64,000 nt of DNA from a virus. This document shows, piece after piece, positions 21,001-33,000 of the stretch. Position numbers and translations under genes: made by a program. The stretch's first letter is position 1. The number at the start of each line of letters is the position of its first letter. The notes beneath the pieces were generated by a model, which was given only the letters and a program-made list of their open reading frames with translations, was not told the DNA's origin and ran no database searches. Where the stretch lies: positions 26,509 through 90,508 of IMG/VR virus record IMGVR_UViG_3300026292_000004; one strand, 5' to 3'.

Positions 21001-24000
21001 ACCAACAAGAAGGTCAGAAGCAATAGAGTCAACAATAAGAGTCATATCTCTGACACACTTATTCTTACCGTCAGTATCGCCACCTGGATAATTAAATACT
21101 CTGACATCATTACTACCAGCATCCTGATAAGTAAATTTCTCTTGCATTAAACCAACTGCTTCATTACCAATGTAATCCTTGTTAAAGATCATCAAATCAG
21201 CAGCATCAGCATATCTATCACCAGTTGGTGAAAGAGTACTATTCATTAAAGTAATAAGAGTATCAATAGAGGTTTTAACATTAGCACATCCACCACCATC
21301 AACAGTAATTCCAGCAGGAGGAATAATAACATTAGTAGAGTAATTAGCAACTAGAGTTCCGTCAATTGCTGCCTTAGCATAGAATGCTAAACGCTCATGA
21401 GCATATAGTGATTGTAGAAGTTGTAGTCTAATGTGAAGTATCTCACCATTAGAACCAAGATAGAATCTAAAGGCAGTAACAGTATTTGCATTACCACCAT
21501 ACTCTAAATCTTCTGCAATAGCATCAAGAATTAAACCAAGGTCAGTCTTACAACGTATTGTACCAAGACCAGAAGCACCACCTTCGTTTCTAGGCATATC
21601 CTGTACAAGATCAGGATAGCGATTAAGCATATCACCAGCAGTCTCGTCAACAATAACAGTTGCATTAGCACGAATTAGATTCGCGGCATCCTTATATCTG
21701 TTAAGTGCATCTGGATTTAATTGATTACTTACAAATAAGTCATCATCTGGGAATTCCTTATCACAAGTAAATTCACTAGTAACATAAGCATCAACTACAC
21801 CACCACCAGTTTCACTAGTAGGAGCAGTTCTAGTTACAGTACCAAGATGATCACTTGGTGTTAATGAATCTGCATTAAAGATAGTATCAGAAATAATACC
21901 AGTGTATGTTGTGATAGCAGTTGCTACATCCTGACAATAAGGATTAGCGGTATCTGTAGTGATTGTATTATCAATTACCTGCTCATAACCATGATCACCT
22001 GTGATTGATATAGCGTCTCTACGCATCACATTGATCATGAAATCACGAACCTTACCAATTGCCCATACAGTCTCACCCTCTTCACCTGAAATATGATTAA
22101 TAAGTATATTATTAGTATCTGCACGATTAACATAATATGCAGCAGTATCCCAAGACTTACTGTTACCTTCGTTACGAAGATCATAGCATATTGCCTTAAC
22201 CCACTCCTTAGCATCTCTAACACACTTAGAGAATGATGGATGAGTTCTTTGAATAAAGTTAACTGAACTTGGATATTCAATTGTTCTTAAAGCACCAGGA
22301 TCAGATAAAGTATCTGTCACGATCTTCATCAAAGCATCAAGACGTGCATTTGCTTCAGGATATCCACCATAAACGAATGGAATATTTGAATTAGTTTGCT
22401 GAATTTCACCGTGAGAAGTAATTGCATTATCTTCAGAACTTACAAATGTATGTGCATAACCACCACCAGTCTTAACAGCACCAGCAGCAGCACTCTGGAA
22501 TACATGAGTATAGTTACCACCAGCAATTACAGCACCAGCAGATGCACCGATGAATGTATGTGCTGTAGGTGAACCTACAGAAGTAATTGGTTTTACATCA
22601 ACTGTAATAGTTCCAGTCTGTGTCTCAAGACCATTAGATGAAGCACTTATAAATGTATGTTCAAAATCTCCAATACTAGTTTGACCAACTTGAACATCAA
22701 ATGTATTATCAGTTATATTACTGATTGCTGTCCACTTATTACTAATAGGATCATTTCCTCTAGGATAAGTATGAAGTGTCTGATGTAAATCTTGATTACA
22801 TGTAAATGTTAATGAGTTATCTAATATTCTAATCTTATCTTGATCAGTAAATCCATGATTAGCAATAGTTAGTCTTAAAATACCAGTAGAAGCAGTATAT
22901 GTTGCACCTGTTACTGTGTGCTGGTTCTTACCAATAGCAGTAATAGGAAGTGCTCTCTGCCAAGCATAGTCAGCACCAGATGGTGTACCACCACTGTAAC
23001 TAGAACCTGTGCCACGAGGATATGCAACCTGTACAGGTGAACCACCGTAAGTACACTGGAATGTTAATGAACTATCTGCTAGTTTAATACTCTGTGCTTC
23101 AATTAAGTCATGAGTTCCGATATTAAGTACCAAATCACCAGAGGTGAAGTTATAAGTTGCACCAGCAACATCATATAGAACTTGAGGTGATGCACCAACA
23201 TTAACTGTAATTTCACCAGTCTGCTTCTTAAGAGCATTACCTACACAACTGTTAAAGGTATGAACAGAAGTATCTGGTGACTTACCAATTTGTATGTCAA
23301 ATGTATGTGTTGTTAGGTTCTCAATTGGGATCCACTGAGATGCAGAAGGATCTTTTGGTCTTGGATATGAATGATATGAAGTATCACCATCTAACTTACA
23401 AGTAAACTTCAGAGCTTCGTTATCAAGTTTAACCTGATCACCAGCAACCTTAATACCATTAGAAGCAGAAGATTGCCATACATGAGTATAGTTTCCACCA
23501 GTTCTAACAACAGAAGTTAGAATACTATTGTTTACAGCATTAACGAATGTATGTGTATAGTTACCACCACTTGTTATAGCATTAGATGAAGTACCACCAA
23601 CCCATGTATGTGTTGATACGTTAGAAGAAATACCAACGTTAACAGTAATAGTTGTACGAGTTACACCATCAACATAGATTGTTCTATCATAGTATGGGTC
23701 TCTCTGAATTGAAATACCATTTGCAGTAGCAGACTCAAATATATGAGTATCTGGGTTTGTAGAAGGTGCAAGATCTAAAACTTGAACTTTAAACGTAGTT
23801 GAAGTTACATCAAAAATTGGTAACCATCTACCACTAGCATAATCACTTCCACGAGGATATGAGTGGTTAGTAGCATTACCATCCTTAGCACACTTGAATG
23901 TTAATGAATTATCTGCGATCTTAATCTTCTCACCATACTTGTAACCATGAAGAGGTACAGTCAATGTCAAATGTCCTGTAGCAGGATCATATGATGCAGT

Positions 24001-27000
24001 ATTAACTGTAGAAGTATCAATTGTATTTCTTGGATAAGTATGAGTTGTTACACCATCTGGTTCAGCGAGAGTAGCATCTTGCTGACACTTGAAGGATAAC
24101 TTATCCTGTCCAATCTTAATACCTTGTCCTTTCTTAATTCCGTGGTTATGACCAACAGTAAGAACCATCTCACCTGTATTTGGTGAATAAACTGCATTAG
24201 TTACATCATGGTTAACTAGAGGTGTTGTACCAACAGGAACAGTAATTGTATTAGCATCTACAACAGTAACATCTAACCACTTGTTAGCAACTGGATCTGT
24301 TGAACGAGGATATGCATGAACAGTTTCATGATGATCCATGTCACATGTAAACTGAAGTGCATCCTCAGCAATCTTAATTCTACTTGTACTTTCAAGTCCA
24401 TGACCAGTAATAGTCATCTGAAGAGTACCGTTACCAGGATTATATGTTGCAGCAGTAGGTGTTAATCCTACAGCAGGAACAAACTTATGGGCAAACTGGT
24501 TACCACCAGATCCTACATTTACATTAATAGTAATAGTAGTTGGAGTAACTCCCTTAATATTCAATGCTGCATTATAAGCAGGATCAGTTGATCTTGGATA
24601 CTTATGAGTAGTAGCATAACCATCATTAGAACATGTAAATTCTAAAGATTCTTTTGCTAGTTTAATAGCAGTTCCAACCTTAAGATCGTGATTACCAATC
24701 TCAAGTACTAAATCACCACCAGTATGATCATATTCAGCATGAGCAACATGGAAATCTTTAAGAGGTGACTTACCAACATTAACTTTGAATACTGTAGTAC
24801 TGTCAACATCTACATCTAACCACTTACCGAAAGTAGGATCACTCTTACGTGGATAGGTCTTATTACCAGAACCCATTGCACAACTAAATGTGAATGCACC
24901 TTCTTCAAATCTTACACGAGCACCGTTAGCAAGACTATGAACACCAGTTGTAGTAACTGACAATTCTCCAGTTGCAGGGTCGTATGTTGTTCCAGAAGCA
25001 CCTGTTAGATTAGTTGGTCCACTCCAACCATGATTTTGAATATCAAGAGTTAGAACACCTGTTTCAGGATTGTACTTAGTACCAGCAGTACCAATACCAA
25101 CATTCATTGTAATGTCGTTTCCAGCCTTAGTGATTGGAATAGTTCTACTCCAAGTAGCATCTGAGGTTCCTGTTCCTAATGTAGTAAAGATTGGGTCGGT
25201 TGCTCTTGGATATGCATGGTTAGTAGCATTTTGATCAAGATCACAAGTCATTGTTAGTGAACTTACCTTCATGTTAATGAAGTCACTAGCAGCAAGTGAA
25301 TCTGTACCATCAGCACCAACAGTAAGAACTAGGTTACCAGTTTCAGCAGTATAAACTGCATTAGTTACTGTATAAGTATTGCCTGTAGCACTAGCATCTC
25401 TGATACCGCCACTAAGAGCAGAAACAAATGCATGGTTACCAGCAACTACTGTATGTTGAGTTTGACCAACAGCAGTAATAGGAATATTTGTGTTATGTAC
25501 TGGATCAGTTGATCTTGGATAAGTCTTATTAGTATTCTGACTATCCATGTTACACTGGAATGTCAGAGAGTCAGTATCAATCTTAATAGCATTACCAACA
25601 TTCATATTGTGCTTACCAATATTGAGTGTTAGATTACCATCAGCAGGAGTATATGTAGCAGCAGATACATCATGTCCGACTTCAGGAGAAGCACCAACAT
25701 TAAATGTAACGTTACCATCTTGTCCTAAAAGTCCATGTGGAGCATGAGACTTGAATGTATGATTATAAGCACCACCATTGTATACAACTGCTCTTGATAC
25801 ACAATTGAATACCGCAGAAACAAATGTATGAACTGTATTATTAGAAGTAATTCCAACGTTAATAGCAAATGTATCTGTAGTGACCTTACCAATCTTCATC
25901 CACTTACCGCTAAATGGATCGGTCTCTCTTGGATAAGAATGCTGTGTCTTATTATCGTCAGTAGCACAAGTGAATACTAAACCAGCATCAGCAACCTTGA
26001 TATATTCACCACTTGCAAATGTATGACCAGCAAGAGTTAGAGTCATCCAACCTGTAGCAGGATCATAATCAGCATCAGTTGGAGTATACTGGTTGTTAGC
26101 ATTAACAAATTGATGAGTACTTGTATTGGTTGGAGTAGTACCCTGTAATGCATTAACCTTAATAATACCACTCTGATACTGAAGACCATTAGCAACAGCA
26201 CTGTCAAATGAATGAACAGTAGTGTTAGAAGAAACTCCTACGTTACACTTAAAGGTATCAGCATCTACTACCGTTACTGTAATCCACTTACCACTTATAG
26301 GGTCAGTAGATCTTGGATATGCATGAGTACCACCACCAGCAGTACAAGTAAACACGATTGAACTGTCTACTATTTTAATTCTTTGACCAGAAACAAATCC
26401 ATGAGCAGCAGATGTAATTGTTAATAAACCTGTAGTAGGTTCGTAAGTTGCACCAGTTGCTGTCTTAGCATTAGTTCCAATATCAGTAATCTTAAGGAAC
26501 TTATTGTATGCAGGATCAGTTGTTCTTGGATATGACTTATTAGTGATGTAGTTATCACTGTTATGGTTACAAACAAAGTTTAGAGAGTTGTTTGCAATCT
26601 TAACATACTCACCAACAGAGAAGTCATGATCTCCAATAGTAAGTTCTAGAACTCCAGATGCAGGTGTATAAGATGCACCAGTAACACCAAATCCTTCAAT
26701 ATTTTCACCAGTACCAGTTTCAATACAGTTATTATCAGCACGAACAAATGTATGTCCAGATGTATTAGAAGATACACCAACGTTAACAGTAATCTTACTG
26801 TCTCTTCTTATAATACCATTTGCAGCAACTGCTGTACAGTTATGATTAGAAGTGTCTGAAGACTTACCTATTTGAACATCAAAACTATCTGTAGCAACAG
26901 CATCAATACGTAACCATTGACCACTAGCAGGGTCAGTTGGACGTGGATATAGATGATTACTACCGTAACTATCAGTATTACACTGGAAGGTTAAGGACTC

Positions 27001-30000
27001 ATCAACAATCTTAACGTATTCACCGACAGTGAAATTATGACCTGTTTGTCCAATTGTTAGAACACCTGTAGTAGGTTCGTAGTCAGTATCTGACTGAGCA
27101 GCAGTATATGGTGTACCTTCATACTTAATAGGAATTGAAGTATCATATACTTTGTCACGTTTCTGTTGAATACCATCAGCAACACCAGAAACAAATGTAT
27201 GAGTGTAGTTACCACCAGTCTGTACAGCACCAGCAGAAGCAGAAACGAATCTATGCTCTGTCTGATCTGTTGAAGGAGCAGATGGAAGAACCTGCATACT
27301 AATAGTCATGTCCTGACCAGTAACACATCCAGCAGTACAAGATACGAAAGTATGCTCTGTTGCGTTAGTAGAAGGTACAGAAGCAAGAATCTGAACATCA
27401 AATGTATCAGGAGTTCTATTGAATACAGTTAACCACTTACCACTTGATTCATCAGTTGCTCTTGGATAAGAATGTACTGTGTCATGATTGTCATGATCAC
27501 ATGTAAAGCTAAGAGCATTGTTTGCAATCTTGATCTTATCACCATTCTGTACAGGATGATCCTTAATAGTTAAGGTTACATGACCTGTATTAGGATTATA
27601 ATCAGCAAATGTAGGTGTTAAAACAGCATCGCCAACCGCAGTGATAGCAATGGAAGTGTTGTATGTAGCACTATCATTACCATTATTTCTAGGATAAGTC
27701 TTAGTTGTTGCGTGATTATCGTTGTTATAATCACAAGTAAATGTTAATGAATCCTGAGCAAGTTTAATTGCATCACCCGCAACCATTCCATGAGTACCAA
27801 TGGTAAGTTCCATGATACCTGTGGTTGGGTTGTATGCAGCATCAGTTGGTGTATAGTTTACAGCAGGTGACTTACCTACATTAACAGTAAATCTTGTTGT
27901 ACTAGGAACACTCTCAACTTGTAACCACTTATCATATGTTGGGTCAGTCTGACGTGGATATGCCTTATTAGAACTACCACCGTCCATTGTGCAATTAAAT
28001 GTGATTGCACCTTCATTAAACTTGATCCAATCACCTACTTGCATACCATGTGTAGCAGCAGTAGTAACATCTAAAACACCAGTTAAAGGAGCATAAGTTG
28101 AACCAGATGCTGCCTGATGAGTATCAATAGCTGTACGAGGATAAGTATGCTCAGTAGCATTACTATCTAAAGCACAAGTCCAAACTAATGAATTGGGTTG
28201 AATCTTAATTGTCTGACCAGCAGCAAGACTATGAGTACCAATATCAAGTACCATATCTCCTGTAGTAGGATCATAAGTACCAGCAGAAGGAGTAAATGTG
28301 TATGATAAACTCTTACCTACATTAACTTCAAAACTGTCTGGATTTGAATTAGAAATCTTTAACCAACGACCATTCCAAGGATCAGTTGTTCTTGGATAGT
28401 TATGATCAGTATGATGATCATCTTGATCACATGTGAATACTAATGACTTACCAAGAATCTGAACACTATTACCATCTACAAATTTATGTCCAGGAACCCA
28501 TAACTGAAGTATTCCAGTCTCAGGATCATAAGTTGCATTATCTATAGTATGAGATGTAATACCAACTTCTTTAATTGCATTCTTACGTAAGTATGATTGA
28601 TCTTCAAGACGAGGATATGTGTGCTCAGACTTATTACCGTCCATTGCACAAGTAAACTTCAATGAGTTAGCAGTAACACATGCACTACCATTAGAACGAG
28701 TAGAGTTAACTATAAAGTTGTGTGATTTACCAATATCTACTGTAAGATCACCAGATACAGGTTCATAAGTTGCATCAGATGCCTTAAATCCATTATACTG
28801 AAGAACTGGAGAGTTGTTGATTACTCTCTTAGCAATATCTCTTGCTTCATTAAATACACGAATTGAGAAACTTTCTTTACCCTTAAGGTGATCAAGTTTA
28901 GCATTATTAACATATAATTTAGCAGCATCATAGGTCTTATTGTTAAAACCATATGTTAGGTTATAAGAAATATTACGAATAATATCTTTTACGTCATCCT
29001 TACAATCTATAGGACCAGTTCCTGGAGGTGGTTCTGGTGAAATACGATCATATGCTTCAGCAGCAATGAAATCTAAGTTACTATTGATAACATCGTAGAA
29101 TTCCTTACCGTAAGTAATAGGTACTTCAGTATCAGGATGAGGAATGTGTAATTTAACAAACTCTTTATCAGTCTGATAAATTGCTTCATTAGCAATCAAT
29201 TCAACGTTGTTTAATATCTCAGTTGAAGCATCAAAGAATCTGAAGGTAGTATCTCCAGTTAAGAACTGATCACCTTCGTTCCATGTAGGTACTCCAGACC
29301 AATCTTGGAAAGTAGTAGATAGGTTAGCACCATCAAAGTGTACTAAGAGGAGAGTATTAATATCTCCTTGATGCATATAAGTTGCATTAGTAAAGTTAGT
29401 AGTGTAACGCTTATTATTAGATACTCTTAATTCATCAACATATCCTTGGAACTGGTTAGCAGCAGCGTGATCTGCACCAACCTTAATTGGTTTTGTAGTA
29501 CCATAATCAGTAGCATTAGACCAAGTAGAACCTACCTGAGTTCCATCTAAGAACATTCTATGATTGTTTCCGTCTCTAGAAACTGCTACATGATGCCATG
29601 TATTTTGAGTTACAGTACCACCAGTAATTACATCAGCACCACTAACATGGTATTCTAATCCAGTACCATCAAGTCTTATGCAAGGTGATGCTTCTGAAGC
29701 TTGAGTTCTAAAGTCAATTAAATGCTGAGTACCAGTAACACTAGCAGCATAGAACCAACACTCAACTGTCCACTCACCATTTCCAAAACCAAATTCAGTT
29801 GAAGTTGGAACTGAAACATAAGCAGAACCATTCAAATATAGAGATGCACTACCAAATTTCTTCTGTAGAGTTGCATTAATAGCACCACTTTGAGCAACAG
29901 GAACGTGTAAATCTGTACTACGACGTGCTACCTTACCAAGATAAAGGTATTTACGTGCATAGTTAGTACCAATTACTTGAGCAGTACCATTCTCACTACG

Positions 30001-33000
30001 GATAATATCACCAGTTAAAATTAAACCATCAGGAGTAACTTTAGGTTCATCATATGCAAGTTTGTATAGACGAACTGTTTCTCCATCAATTAAATCGCCT
30101 GAGATGTTAGAGTAGTTAACAATGTGGTTACGAATATCTTCGTCAACTGTAAACGTACCAGCAGCATTATTATACTCTAGAATTAAGTTACTTACAACTT
30201 CAGAATTAGGGAACTTACTATTAAATTCAGTATTCTTATCATTAACATCAGTTAGTTGTAACTGAGTCTGTGAAACATTATCAAGAATAACGTTCTGGAA
30301 ATTAATATTAGTAATTCTGTTGAATACTAATCCTTGGAAAGTAGATCCTTCAGAAATAATAACTTGGTTATTTGGTTCATTAGTTACAGGATCTCTGTAT
30401 GCAGAAATACCAATAACTTCAGCAACAATATTACTCTTCTGACCAATGATTATATCACCAATAACAATATCAAATAAACCAGCAGTAGACTGATAAGTAC
30501 CAGCAGTCTTACTTAATAATACAGTATCTCCAATCTCAATAGTTGTTCCAAAGACATTACTATCAGTTTGGTGACCTACAACAGCAGTTCCATCAACACC
30601 TCTGTTAGCAGTAACAGTGTTACCAACTATAGTTGCCACCTCAAATCTCTCAGAATCAATCTGATAAACTCCACCAGTATTAGCAACAATAGTAACAGTA
30701 GCATCTTGATTACCACCACCACTAATTGTAATTACATCTCCAAGAGCATATCCTGTACCACGTTCCTTAATCTTAGTTGCAGTTATTACTCCACTACCAT
30801 CTGCATCAACAGTAACAGTCATTCCAGTACCAGATCCACCTGATGTAGATACACCATCAATATTATCAATGTATCCAGTACCAGCAGTAGTTAATGTTAC
30901 CTTAGAAAGTGCATATCCAGAAGCAACATCAAATGTGTTACCAGATGCAGAAAGACCAGCAGGGATAGTAGTTAGAACCTGACCATTATCACCTTCTAGG
31001 TTAACTCTTTCAATCTTAGCATTGTCCCCTCTAAGGTTCTCAATATCTTCTTTAAACTGGAATAAGTTAGTATTTGTGATAGGATCAATACTATCAACGT
31101 TTGCAGTAAATCCTGTAGCAGATGAAGTGATAGCCTCACCTTCATATGTAAGAGTTGTAGCAGGATCATCAACCTGGAAAGGTTGACCAGCAGTAGTCTT
31201 ATAATAGAAGTCAACAGTTGTTAAACCAGTAGCAACAACAATTGCCTCATAATCAGTTATAATACCTCTAATAGTACCACCTACAAGTGGGAAAATACCA
31301 GAAATAGTACTTAAATTCGCTCTATAAAGAGTTTTAAACTCTAATGTAGCATTTGAATACTGAACATTAGCAGGAGGTTGAGGTGGTGATGAGAATACAA
31401 CATTTGATCCCTGAACAGTAAATGCATCTCCAGGAGACTGTACAATACCATTCAAACTAATTAAGAGTTGATTAGCAGATGCAATAACAGGTTCTGTTAC
31501 AACATTACCATCTTGGTTAATATTTTGAACAGTCAATCCAAATGAGATCTTCTCGCCATCAAACTGATCTGAAATATCATTAATCTTCTGAACAGTAGAA
31601 GTTAGAATCTGCTCGGAAGAAGTCAAATTCTTCTGTCTGAAACGAACCTCAGTGTTATCAAATTCAGTATAAACTGGTTCAACTAGAGTAAAGTTCTGTA
31701 GATTTGGAACAATAGCAGATTCTGCAAGGTTAACTGACTTAGTAAGTTCAAATGCAGTCTCTTTGTTCTCAATAGTTGATTTTTCAACTAATCCCAATTC
31801 ACCAAATACCTTAAATCCAGCAGGGTGAACGTTAGTAATAAGGATGTCTCTCCAGTCAGATATTGAAACAGGAGCCTTAACACTATAGGAGAAGTCCTGA
31901 TAGAAATAAGAGTCTTGAATCTTCTGAATGATTTCTGAAGGTTTACCTACATCATCAACGAATCTACCTGGAGTTGTAGTGATAGCACCAACTTCTAGGA
32001 CACCCTTAGCAATACTAAAGTTATCAATTGTACCAGATGCCTTGGAAATAGTACCAGTAACAATCTGATTCTTACTAAATGTACCAGTATAATCAACAAT
32101 CTTAAGAATTCTAGGTCCAATTTGCCAACCATCATTCTCTGAAACGTATCCAGTTGCAGTTGCATTTTCTAATGTATCACCTTGATAGATTAATTCACCA
32201 GCAAGGAAACGACCAGTAACAACGTTTGCAGTAGCAGCACCACCGAATGAATCTGTTAAAACGACCTGTCTACCAGTACCAGCATTAGTATATGAAATAT
32301 AATCACCAATTGCAGCATTATCTTTAGTAATTGCTAAACGCAATTGATCATTTTCTAGTGAATTACTAATACCAGAAATAGCATAATATGTTGTATTGGC
32401 ATTCAATCTACCGAAAGATGAGATTGGTAGTTCTGGATCATCTCCACTACCATCATCATTAGAAGTTAATGTTACAGCAGAACCATTTACAATACCATGT
32501 GGGAACGAGAATTGTAGTAAATTAAGGTCAAGGTTAACAACATAGTTAAAGGATGACTTCAAAGTTACAGCAGGTTGTGAGGAGTAACCTGCACCTGGAT
32601 CCTTAACTTCAATAGCATCAATACGTCCGTTCTTAATAGATGCCTCAGCAGTTGCTCCTGAACCTCCACCACCAGCAATAATAACAGCAGGAGGGGTAGC
32701 ATATCCAGAACCTGGGTCAGTAACAGTAATACTATCCAGTATGTTTGTACTAGTTAACTGAACGTTGACTGGGAATGTGATTTCAGGACGTAATGTATAG
32801 TCATGAGTATAATCAAAACCGAAGTTGTTGTTCTTAAGTTTCTTAATCTTACCGATCTTATCTGCTTTAACGAAGACAGATGCACCAGTTCCATTTGGAG
32901 GAATAACAACAGTTAATTCTGCACCAGAACCAGTAAGTCCAGCACCTAAAATACCAGTGATAGACTCAATGTCAATAGTTGCAGTAGTATAATTCTTACC

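Noticed and set aside
18570-28790. Recurring DNA words such as GGATCAGTTGATCTTGGATA as a possible CRISPR array or DGR repeat
   Set aside because: They encode the YPRSTDP protein motif, vary at synonymous sites and are spaced hundreds of bp apart. There is no cas or reverse transcriptase gene in the window.
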